DNA of 64,000 bases from an uncultured Actinomycetes bacterium. GTDB taxonomy: Bacteria > Actinomycetota > Actinomycetes > Jiangellales > Jiangellaceae. Within the stretch, counting starts at the first letter, position 1; each line of letters starts with the position of its first letter. The position numbers were made by a program, and so were the translations under genes. The stretch covers positions 23,908 through 87,907 of the forward strand of contig CAYHHE010000001.1 of assembly GCA_964356295.1 (NCBI GenBank), written 5' to 3'. Below, piece after piece: positions 17,980-28,631 of this stretch. The notes under the pieces were generated by a model that made no database searches, was not told the DNA's origin, and worked only from the letters and a program-made list of their open reading frames with translations.

Positions 17980-19047
17980 ATGTCGGACCGACCGCCGCAG
18001 GACGCGCCACGGGCGATCGACCCGGTCGGTGCGCTGCGTCGCATCGCGTTCCTGCTCGAACGCGACGGCGCCGAGACCTACCGGGTGCGGGCCTACCGGA
18101 CGGCTGCCGAGGTCGCTGAAGCGCTGGGCCCGGACGAGGTGGCGCGGCGGGTGGCGGCTGGAACGCTGGCTGCGGTGCGGGGGATCGGGCCCAAGACCGC
18201 CGCGGTGATCGCCGAGTCGGTAGCCGGAGCGCAGCCGTCCACCCTGGTCAGGCTGGAGGAGCAGGCGGTGACCCCGCTGGTACCGCTCGATGCGGCAGGC
18301 CGCGCTCTGCTCGAAGCGCAGCGCGGGGACTGCCACACGCACTCGGACTGGTCCGACGGCGGGTCCTGCCCGCAGACGATGGCCCGCGCCGCACGCGACG
18401 ACGTCGGCCACGACTGGATCGCGCTGACCGACCACTCACCTCGGCTGAGGGTGGCACGCGGGCTCTCGCCGGACCGGCTGCGCGACCAGCTGGACCTCCT
18501 CGCGCGCCTCAACGACACTCTCGCCCCGTTCCGGCTGCTCACCGGGATCGAGGTGGACATCAACGAGGACGGCACGCTCGACCAGGACCCGGACCTGCTC
18601 GCCCGGCTGGACGTGGTCGTCGGCAGCGTCCACTCCCTGCTGCGGATGCCTGCCCACGAGATGACCGACCGGATGCTGCGGGCGCTCGCCAATCCCCACC
18701 TCGACGTGCTCGGGCACTGCACCGGGCGGCTCGTCGACGGCCCCCGGCGGCGTCCGGAGTCGCAGTTCGACGCCGACGCCGTCTTCGCCGCGTGCGCGCA
18801 GCGTGGCGTCGCGGTCGAGGTCAACTCGCGCCCGGAACGGCTCGACCCGCCGCTGCGTCTGCTCCAGACAGCGCTCGAGGCCGGATGCCTGCTGGCCATC
18901 GACACCGACGCCCACGCACCGGGCCAGCTGGACTGGCAGCCCTACGGGGTCGCGCGGGTCGCGCGGTGCGGGGCAGCGGCCTCGGGCGTGGTCACCACCT
19001 GGCCGGCCGAGCGCCTGCTTGCCTGGACCGCTCGGCACAGCGCCTGA
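17980..19047 (+). CDS. PHP-domain phosphoesterase with PolX-like N-terminal helix-hairpin-helix (polymerase core absent)
   Basis: N-terminus YRVRAYRTAA...VRGIGPKTAAVI (PolX HhH), then PHP motifs CHTHSDWSDG, LTDHSP, GSVHS, LGH..GR, DTDAH. At 355 aa it is too short for a full PolX. Confidence 0.8.
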   Translation: MSDRPPQDAPRAIDPVGALRRIAFLLERDGAETYRVRAYRTAAEVAEALGPDEVARRVAAGTLAAVRGIGPKTAAVIAESVAGAQPSTLVRLEEQAVTPLVPLDAAGRALLEAQRGDCHTHSDWSDGGSCPQTMARAARDDVGHDWIALTDHSPRLRVARGLSPDRLRDQLDLLARLNDTLAPFRLLTGIEVDINEDGTLDQDPDLLARLDVVVGSVHSLLRMPAHEMTDRMLRALANPHLDVLGHCTGRLVDGPRRRPESQFDADAVFAACAQRGVAVEVNSRPERLDPPLRLLQTALEAGCLLAIDTDAHAPGQLDWQPYGVARVARCGAAASGVVTTWPAERLLAWTARHSA

Positions 19048-19076
19048 CTGCCGCTGCGGCCGGGATCACCCGCACC

Positions 19077-19928
19077 TCACGCGGAGGCGGTGTCCAGCAG
19101 GGTCGCGACGTGGTCGGGGACGTAGGTCTGGGTGTCCTTCGGGGGGCGCAGGTAGCCGGTGGACGGCGGGCGAGGCGGCAGCAACAGGGGAGGGCGCTGC
19201 ACCTCGTAGTAGGGCACGGTCGAGAGCAGGTGGGCGATCATGTTCAACCGTGCCACCTTCTTGTCGTCGCTCTCCACGACGTACCACGGAGCCTCGGGGA
19301 TGTCGGTGTGCACCATCATCTCGTCCTTGGCCCGCGAGTAGTCCTCCCACCGGCTGATCGACTGGAGGTCCATGGTGGACAGCTTCCAGTGCCGCATGGG
19401 GTCGTCCATCCGGGACGCGAACCGGCGCTCCTGCTCCTCGTCGCTGACCGAGAACCAGTACTTGCGCAGCAGCACGCCGTCCTCGACGAGCAGCCGCTCG
19501 AAGAGGGGGCACTGGTGAAGGAACCGGCGGTACTCCTCCAGGGTGCAGAAGCCCATCACCCGCTCGACACCCGCGCGGTTGTACCAGGACCTGTCGAACA
19601 GCACGATCTCCCCGGCGGCGGGGAGCCGCTCGACGTAACGCTGGAAGTACCACTGGGTCTTCTCGCGCTCGGTGGGTGCCGGCAGCGCCTCGATCCGTGC
19701 CACGCGAGGGTTGAGATACTGCGTCATCCGCTTGATGGTGCCGCCCTTGCCGGCGGCGTCGCGTCCCTCGAAGATCACCACCAGCCGGACGCCCTCGGCC
19801 CGGACCCACTCCTGCAGCTTCACCAGCTCGGCCTGCAGGCGGTAGAGCTCCTCCTCGTAGAGGCTCCGGGACAGCCTCGTGGCCTTGTTCTTGCCGGGGT
19901 GCCTGCCGGAGCCGTCCTTCTTCGCCAC
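19077..19928 (-). CDS. ppk2: polyphosphate kinase 2
   Basis: VVIFEGRDAAGKGGTIKR Walker-A-like motif and FDRSWYNRAGVE. GTG 19928 chosen because the track ORF (to 20066) would overlap the aceE 3' end. Confidence 0.85.
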   Translation of the reverse strand: MAKKDGSGRHPGKNKATRLSRSLYEEELYRLQAELVKLQEWVRAEGVRLVVIFEGRDAAGKGGTIKRMTQYLNPRVARIEALPAPTEREKTQWYFQRYVERLPAAGEIVLFDRSWYNRAGVERVMGFCTLEEYRRFLHQCPLFERLLVEDGVLLRKYWFSVSDEEQERRFASRMDDPMRHWKLSTMDLQSISRWEDYSRAKDEMMVHTDIPEAPWYVVESDDKKVARLNMIAHLLSTVPYYEVQRPPLLLPPRPPSTGYLRPPKDTQTYVPDHVATLLDTASA

Positions 19929-19978
19929 GGGCCGAAGGGTACTAGCGCGCCGAGGGGCCGATGGGAGTCCTTCGGCCC

Positions 19979-22732
<2,754 letters not shown>

Positions 22733-22909
22733 GGTCGTCCCGTCGTCGGTCGGTCAGGTCGGTCACCACCTATCCTGTCGCGGATCGTGCGGTGCGTCAG
22801 CCTGTCCGGAGGGGAGGTCCGGAAGTCCCTACCGGGACACCCGCCCAGCGACCGACGATGGGGGTGGCGGGTGATCGCGCCCGTCGGGATGTGAGTCGCA
22901 GGAGGTGCG

Positions 22910-23098
22910 ATGAAGGCCAAGGTGGGCGACCGGCTGCACGTACACGGTCGGACAGTGGGCGATGTCGACCGCGTCGGTGAGATCGTCGAGGTGCACGGCG
23001 AGGATGGGGCCCCACCGTTCCTCGTGCGCTTCCCCGACGGCCACGAGACCCTGGTGTTCCCCGGGCCGGACGCGACCATCGAGGCCGTCTCGGGCTGA
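22910..23098 (+). CDS. DUF1918 domain-containing protein
   Basis: 62 aa. MKAKVGDRL.VHG..VG...R.GEIVEV.GEDG.PP..VRF.DGHE.L.FPGPDA pattern, with an AGGAGG RBS. Confidence 0.75.
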   Translation: MKAKVGDRLHVHGRTVGDVDRVGEIVEVHGEDGAPPFLVRFPDGHETLVFPGPDATIEAVSG

Positions 23099-23193
23099 CA
23101 GAGTCCTCGGACCTACTTGCGCGTCGGCTCCGGACTCGGTGGACTACATGCGATGACGGCGCGCCCGGCGCCGGCGAGGCGAAGGAGGCGACG

Positions 23194-23631
23194 GTGTCAC
23201 AGACCGCCGGGGCTGCCGGCCGTCATGGCGAGTTGGCGCAGCGCATGGGCTTCCGTGCCGGCCAGGTCGTCCAGGAACTCGGGTGGGACGAAGACTGCGA
23301 CGACGACATCCGGCTGGCCATCGAGGCCGCCACCGGTACCGAGCTGGTCGGGGACGAGCACGAGGAGGTCGCCGACGCGGTCGTGCTGTGGTGGCGGGAC
23401 GGTGACGGCGACCTGGTCGACGCCCTCGTCGACGCTCTGACCGATCTCGGTGAGGGCGGTCCGGTGTGGCTGCTCACGCCCAAGATCGGGCGTGACGGGT
23501 TCGTGGATGCCACCGACGTCGCAGACGCCGCGCCCACTGCCGGGCTGACGACGACCACCACCGTCCCGCTCACCGAACGGTGGTCGGCCATCAAGCTGGT
23601 GTCCCCGAAGGCCGCACGTGCCCGGCGCTGA
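23194..23631 (+). CDS. DUF3052 domain-containing protein
   Basis: 145 aa. ELAQRMGFRAGQVVQELGWDEDCDDD... is typical DUF3052. GAAGGAGG RBS. Conserved neighbour of aceE/ahpE in Actinomycetota. Confidence 0.75.
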   Translation: MSQTAGAAGRHGELAQRMGFRAGQVVQELGWDEDCDDDIRLAIEAATGTELVGDEHEEVADAVVLWWRDGDGDLVDALVDALTDLGEGGPVWLLTPKIGRDGFVDATDVADAAPTAGLTTTTTVPLTERWSAIKLVSPKAARARR

Positions 23632-23632
23632 G

Positions 23633-24112
23633 GTGCTCACCCCCCGCAGCGAGCCGCTGCAGGTGGGTGAGGTCGCCCCAGACTTCGTGCTTCCCGACGG
23701 GGACCGCAGACCTGTCCGGCTCAGCGAGTACGCCGGCTCCCGCTTGGCCGTCGTGGTCTTCTACTCCTGGGCTTTCACCAGCGTGTGCACCTCCGAGCTG
23801 TGCGCGATCCGCGACCGGCTACCCGAGCTGAGCAACGAACGGTCGGTGACCCTGGCCGTGTCGTGCGACGCCACGGCCACGCTGGGCGCGTTGGCCCGCG
23901 CGGAGGGCTACGAGTTCCCGCTGCTCAGTGACCACTGGCCGCATGGAGCCGTGTGCTCGGCCTTCGGCGTCTTCGACCCCACGATCGGCGCAGCCCTGCG
24001 CGGCACCTTCATCCTCGACAGCGACCGGGTCGTGCGCTGGACGGTGGTGAACGCCGTACCCGATGCCCGCGAGATCGACGACTTCGTCCGCGCGCTCGCC
24101 CAGATCGCCTGA
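23633..24112 (+). CDS. ahpE: peroxiredoxin, AhpE-like
   Basis: VGEVAPDF, WAFTSVCTSELC (peroxidatic Cys), FPLLSDHWPHGAV, RGTF. Start is either GTG 23633 or GTG 23618 (track). Confidence 0.8.
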   Translation: MLTPRSEPLQVGEVAPDFVLPDGDRRPVRLSEYAGSRLAVVVFYSWAFTSVCTSELCAIRDRLPELSNERSVTLAVSCDATATLGALARAEGYEFPLLSDHWPHGAVCSAFGVFDPTIGAALRGTFILDSDRVVRWTVVNAVPDAREIDDFVRALAQIA

Positions 24113-24140
24113 TCCGAGCGCCGGCCCGGGACCGGCGCAG

Positions 24141-24494
24141 TCAGCGTCGGGTCTCCTTGACGAAGTCCGCCGGCAGGTCCGGCGGGGCGAACGCGGTGAG
24201 GATCGTCACCGGAAGGCTGCCGCTGTTGGCGAAGCCGTGGCTGACCCCCTTCGGGACGAAGAGCACCGTGCCCGCGGAGACCTGGTGGTGCTCCCCGTCG
24301 ACGGTGATGTCGATCGGCCAGCCGGTGAGGAACACGACGAGCTGGTCGGCGTCCGCGTGAGTGACGGACCCGGTCTCCTCCCCAGGCTCCAGCGTCATCG
24401 CCGCCAGCTGCATCGCCTCGCCGGTTGCCAGGACGCGCAGGTAGGCCGGGCCGAGTGCCGAGACCTTCTCAGCCGTGGTGAGGTAGCCGGTCAT
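24141..24494 (-). CDS. cupin domain-containing protein
   Basis: ATG 24494, 117 aa. Cupin motifs G.VTHADADQLVVFL and G.VLFVPKGVSHGF. Confidence 0.7.
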   Translation of the reverse strand: MTGYLTTAEKVSALGPAYLRVLATGEAMQLAAMTLEPGEETGSVTHADADQLVVFLTGWPIDITVDGEHHQVSAGTVLFVPKGVSHGFANSGSLPVTILTAFAPPDLPADFVKETRR

Positions 24495-24607
24495 GATTGC
24501 TCCTTCCCGTCCGCGTGAGGTCGCGGGACGACCGCAGCCTCTCACCGGCCGCGATCGGTGACCACGGCCGGAGGACCCGAACCTGTGACCTCCTAGCATC
24601 GCCGCTC

Positions 24608-25666
24608 GTGACAGACCCGATCACCGTCGAGGACTACGAGCGCCTGGCGGCACAGCGACTGCATCCGGGCCCGCTGGCCTACTACGCCGGTGGGGCCGGG
24701 GACGAGCGCACGCTCGTCGACAACGTGACGGCCTGGCGACGCCGACGGCTGCGTCCACGGGTGCTCGTCGACGTCGGGTCGGTGACGACCGCGACCACGG
24801 TGCTGGGTATCTCGGTGTCGATGCCCGTCCTGGTCGGCCCGGTCGCGCTTCAGCGGATGGCGCACCCGGACGCGGAGCCCGGCATGGCACGGGCCGCGTC
24901 GGCCGCCGGCACGATCATGACGCTGTCCACCCTGGCCACCTCGTCGGCTGCCGAGGTGGCCGCTGCGGCGCCCGGTGCCCCTCGCTGGTACCAGCTCTAC
25001 GTCACCCGGGACCGCTCGGTGTCGCAGTCGCTGGTCGAGCAGGCTGTCGAGCACGGCTACCGAGCCGTCGTCCTGACCGTCGACGCGCCGGTTCCTGGAC
25101 GTCGCGACCGCGACCGTCGCGCCGGGTTCCGGGTGCCTGACGGGATCGACATGCCGGCCGTGTCCGCGGCTCTGGGGCGATCGAGCGGCATCACCACTGC
25201 GGACTTCTTCTCCATGGTCGACCCCAGGCTCACCTGGGCCGACATCGAGCAGCTCGTCGCGGCGTGCCCACTGCCGGTCCTGCTGAAGGGCATCCAGACC
25301 GGCCAGGACGCTCGGCTGGCCGCTGAGCACGGGGTGGCGGGCGTGGTGGTGTCCAACCACGGAGGTCGACAGCTCGACGGTGTGACCGCGACGGCGGACG
25401 TGCTCGCCGAGGTGGTCGAGGCGGTGGACGGACGCGTGGAGGTGCTTGTGGACGGCGGAGTGCGCCGAGGGGTCGACGTCGTCGTGGCCCTGGCCCTCGG
25501 CGCCCGGGCGGTTCTCCTCGGGCGTCCCGCGCTGTGGGGGCTCACCGTCGGTGGCGAGCAGGGAGCCCGCGACGTGCTGCGCATCCTGGCCGAGGAGGTC
25601 GAGAACGCCCTCGCTCTGCTCGGCTGCCCATCCCCGGCTGCGGTCACCCGAGCTCACCTGGACTGA
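24608..25666 (+). CDS. FMN-dependent alpha-hydroxy-acid oxidase/dehydrogenase (LldD/glycolate oxidase family)
   Basis: GTG 24608. PLAYYAGGAGDE, WYQLY, VLTVDAPV.GRR.RD, VVVSNHGGRQLDG. Confidence 0.85.
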   Translation: MTDPITVEDYERLAAQRLHPGPLAYYAGGAGDERTLVDNVTAWRRRRLRPRVLVDVGSVTTATTVLGISVSMPVLVGPVALQRMAHPDAEPGMARAASAAGTIMTLSTLATSSAAEVAAAAPGAPRWYQLYVTRDRSVSQSLVEQAVEHGYRAVVLTVDAPVPGRRDRDRRAGFRVPDGIDMPAVSAALGRSSGITTADFFSMVDPRLTWADIEQLVAACPLPVLLKGIQTGQDARLAAEHGVAGVVVSNHGGRQLDGVTATADVLAEVVEAVDGRVEVLVDGGVRRGVDVVVALALGARAVLLGRPALWGLTVGGEQGARDVLRILAEEVENALALLGCPSPAAVTRAHLD

Positions 25667-25701
25667 CGCGGCGGCGGGCCCGCGTCTGACAAGCACGTCC
25701 C

Positions 25702-26487
25702 TCAGCCGATCGGGCCCCTCTCGGTGGGGTGCGCCGGGTCGTCGAGGAAGGTCCCGACGATCCCGTGCAGTGCCCCCAGCCCGTAGGCGATTTCCAGGTT
25801 CGCCTCGGTCAGCACCTCCTCGGGCGGCCCGGAGGCGAGCACCCGCCCGTTCATGAGAAGCACGTGGTCGGCGGCGCGCGCCTCGCTCAGGTCGTGGGTG
25901 GTGAGCACGACCGAGCACCCACGATGGCGCTCGCTGTGGATCAGCCGGTCGATGGTGCGTGCCGACACCAGGTCCAGGCCGGTCAGCGGCTCGTCCAGCA
26001 GCAGGATCTCGTGGCTCTGCGCGATGCCCTGGGCGACGTACACGCGCTGCCGCTGCCCCCCGGACACCTCGGTGAGGTGTCGATGTGCCAGGCCGGTGAT
26101 GTCCAGGCGGTCCATCGCCTCCTGCACGCACCGGCGGTCCTCGTCGTTGCGGCGCCGCCACAGCCCCAGCCGGGGGTAGCGACCCATGCCCACCGCCTCG
26201 GCAACCGTCAGCGGGGTCCCCACGGGGACGGTGAGCGACTGCAGCACGTAGCTCACCTTGGACCGGGCCCCCTGCGGCGTCGTCCCCAGCACCTGGAGTG
26301 CCCCCTCGGCCGGCTCGATCAAGCCGGCCAGGGCGTGCAGCACGCTGGACTTGCCGGAGCCGTTCGGCCCGATGACGGCGGTGACGCACCGGGACGGGAT
26401 GACGAACGAGGACGCCCCCACGGCCACGTGGTGTCCGTAGGCCAGCAGGAGCCCGTCCGCTCTCGCGGCGACCGCGGGCCCGCTCAT
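25702..26487 (-). CDS. metal (Zn/Mn-type) ABC transporter ATP-binding protein
   Basis: ATG 26487 overlaps the permease stop (ATGA). Walker A GPNGSGKSS, signature VSGGQRQRV, Walker B ILLLDEP. Confidence 0.9.
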   Translation of the reverse strand: MSGPAVAARADGLLLAYGHHVAVGASSFVIPSRCVTAVIGPNGSGKSSVLHALAGLIEPAEGALQVLGTTPQGARSKVSYVLQSLTVPVGTPLTVAEAVGMGRYPRLGLWRRRNDEDRRCVQEAMDRLDITGLAHRHLTEVSGGQRQRVYVAQGIAQSHEILLLDEPLTGLDLVSARTIDRLIHSERHRGCSVVLTTHDLSEARAADHVLLMNGRVLASGPPEEVLTEANLEIAYGLGALHGIVGTFLDDPAHPTERGPIG

Positions 26488-27344
26488 CCGGGGGGTTCCT
26501 CGACGCCTGCACGCACGGCTGACCGGCGCCACCAGCCCACCGTCCGGGTCAGGGCCAGGGTGAGGAAGAACAGCACGATCGGCACCACAGCCATGGTCGC
26601 CGACCCGGCGGTTCCCAGCCGGTAGCTCAGCGCGAGGCCCACAACGACCGACACGACTGCGATCGCGACAGACATGCCCATCATCGCCGGCACCGTGCGG
26701 GCCACCAACGCGGCGGTGGCGGGCGGCCCGACGAGCAGCCCGAACGCCAGCAACGTACCCACGGACTGGTAGCTGCCGATGACGGCCGCGGCGATCAGCG
26801 CGAGCAGCACCGCGTGAGTCAGTCCCGGGCGCATCCCGAGCGCCCGGGCCTTGCTGGCGTCGAAGCTGAGCGCCAGCATCGGCCGGTACAGCATGATGCC
26901 GACACTCACCACGACCGCAGCGAGGGTCGCCTGCCCCACGAGAACCTCGCGCGTCACCCCGAGGGCGTCCCCGAACAGGATCGTGGTCAGACTGCCGGTG
27001 TAGCTCGTGCTGCGCGAGATGATCACGACGCCCAGGCCCAGCATGCCGATGAACAGCAGGCCGATGGCGGTGTCCTCCTTGAGCGCGGTCTGGCGGTGGA
27101 TGAGCACGATCCCCAGCACCATGACCAGGGCCGCCACCGCGGCCCCGAGGAACGGCGGGAAGTCGAGCACGACGGCCGCGGCGATCCCCGGGACGACGCC
27201 GTGCACGAACGCGTCGCCGAAGAAGCTCATGCCGCGCAGCACCAGCCAGGTCCCGACGACGGAGGCCGTGACGCCGGCGATGATCCCCCCGAGGAGAGCC
27301 CGCTGCTGGAACCCGAGCGCGAACGGCTCGATCCACCAGTCCAC
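26484..27344 (-). CDS. metal ABC transporter permease (ABC-3 / ZnuB-MntB family)
   Basis: 286 aa, multi-TM. N-terminus FALGFQQRALLGGIIAGV...GMSFFGDAFVHGV is typical of ABC-3 permeases. Confidence 0.9.
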   Translation of the reverse strand: MDWWIEPFALGFQQRALLGGIIAGVTASVVGTWLVLRGMSFFGDAFVHGVVPGIAAAVVLDFPPFLGAAVAALVMVLGIVLIHRQTALKEDTAIGLLFIGMLGLGVVIISRSTSYTGSLTTILFGDALGVTREVLVGQATLAAVVVSVGIMLYRPMLALSFDASKARALGMRPGLTHAVLLALIAAAVIGSYQSVGTLLAFGLLVGPPATAALVARTVPAMMGMSVAIAVVSVVVGLALSYRLGTAGSATMAVVPIVLFFLTLALTRTVGWWRRSAVRAGVEEPPG

Positions 27345-27423
27345 CGGCAGCTAGCCGGTGCCGACGACGCCACGGCGTCGGAGGGTTCCCACCCGCACAG
27401 CCTAGGTCGACCGCAAGGATCTC

Positions 27424-27452
27424 CGATCGTTCACGTGACGTTTCTTCGATCG
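27424..27452. promoter_or_regulatory. AT-richer palindromic patch in the divergent promoter region (candidate operator)
   Basis: CGATCG-T-TCACGTGA-CGTTTCTT-CGATCG. It has an 8-bp perfect palindrome TCACGTGA (27431-27438). It lies between the metal-ABC permease start (27344) and the GT4 start (27503). Confidence 0.2.
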
Positions 27453-27502
27453 GATGGCGGAGGTCACCGTCGTGTCGGTTGATCGCGAGTTCATGGGTCA
27501 AT

Positions 27503-28624
27503 GTGAAGGTCGCACTCGTCACGGAGTCGTTCCTGCCGCACGTGAACGGTGTCTCGAACTCGGTCTGTCGGGTTCTGGAGCACCTTGACCGGCGAGGGCA
27601 CCACGCCCTCCTGGTAGCCCCGGGTCCCGCCCCCCTGAGCTATGCGGGCGCGTCCATCCACTCTGTGCCGTCGGTCCCGCTGCCGGGCTACCGGCAGGTC
27701 CGCGTCGCCCTGGCGCCCAGCAGGTCGGTCGCCGAGCTGCTGCGCGAGCATCGGCCCGACGTGGTGTACCTGGCGTCGCCCTTCATGCTCGGCTGGGCCG
27801 CCGCCAAGGCCGCCGAGGACCTCGATCTGCCCACCGTGGCGGTGTACCAGACGGACGTGGCCGGCTTCGCCGAGCGCTACCACCTGGGCCTCGCGCGGCG
27901 CATCGTGTGGCGACGGATCCGGTCGATCCATCGGCGCGCGGCACTGACCCTCGCCCCGTCCCGTCCCGCGCTTCGGGCCCTGGTCGAGCGTGGCGTCCCC
28001 CGGGTGGCGCTGTGGCAACGCGGGGTCGACACCGAGCGCTTCCACCCCCGCCATCGGGACGAGGAGCTGCGTCGACGACTGGCTCCGGCGGGGGAGGTCC
28101 TGGTGGGTTACCTGGGGCGGCTGGCCCAGGAGAAGCAGCTGGGGGACCTGCGCGTCCTGACCCGGCTCCGCGGCGTCCGCCTGGTCGTCATCGGGGACGG
28201 GCCTGAGCGGCGGCGCCTGGAGGGACTGCTCCCCGGGGCAGCCTTCCTGGGCTTCCTCGACGGGGAGCCCCTCTCCCGGGCGGTGGCCAGCCTGGACATC
28301 GCCGTCCACCCGGGGCCGCACGAGACGTTCTGCCAGGCCGTGCAGGAGTGCCTGGCCAGCGGCGTCCCCGTCGTGGCAGTCCGGGCCGGCGGGCCGGTCG
28401 ACCTGATCCACCCCGGCGTGAACGGCCACCTGTACCCGCCGGGCAACCTCGACCGTTTCCGGCAGCTGGTCGGACGGCTCAGCGTCGACGTCGCCCATCG
28501 CGACCAGCTCGCGTCGGGAGCGCGCCCGTCGGTGCTGGGTCGCAGCTGGGACGCGCTCGGCGATGACCTGCTTGCCCACCTGGAGCGGGTGCGACGGCCA
28601 CGCCGCACCCCGGCAGCGGCCTGA
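27503..28624 (+). CDS. GT4-family glycosyltransferase (MgtA/PimB-like)
   Basis: (M)KVALVTESFLPHVNGV start (GTG 27503; track TTG 27479). EX7E motif ETFCQAVQE. Confidence 0.85.
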   Translation: MKVALVTESFLPHVNGVSNSVCRVLEHLDRRGHHALLVAPGPAPLSYAGASIHSVPSVPLPGYRQVRVALAPSRSVAELLREHRPDVVYLASPFMLGWAAAKAAEDLDLPTVAVYQTDVAGFAERYHLGLARRIVWRRIRSIHRRAALTLAPSRPALRALVERGVPRVALWQRGVDTERFHPRHRDEELRRRLAPAGEVLVGYLGRLAQEKQLGDLRVLTRLRGVRLVVIGDGPERRRLEGLLPGAAFLGFLDGEPLSRAVASLDIAVHPGPHETFCQAVQECLASGVPVVAVRAGGPVDLIHPGVNGHLYPPGNLDRFRQLVGRLSVDVAHRDQLASGARPSVLGRSWDALGDDLLAHLERVRRPRRTPAAA

Positions 28625-28631
28625 TCAGACG

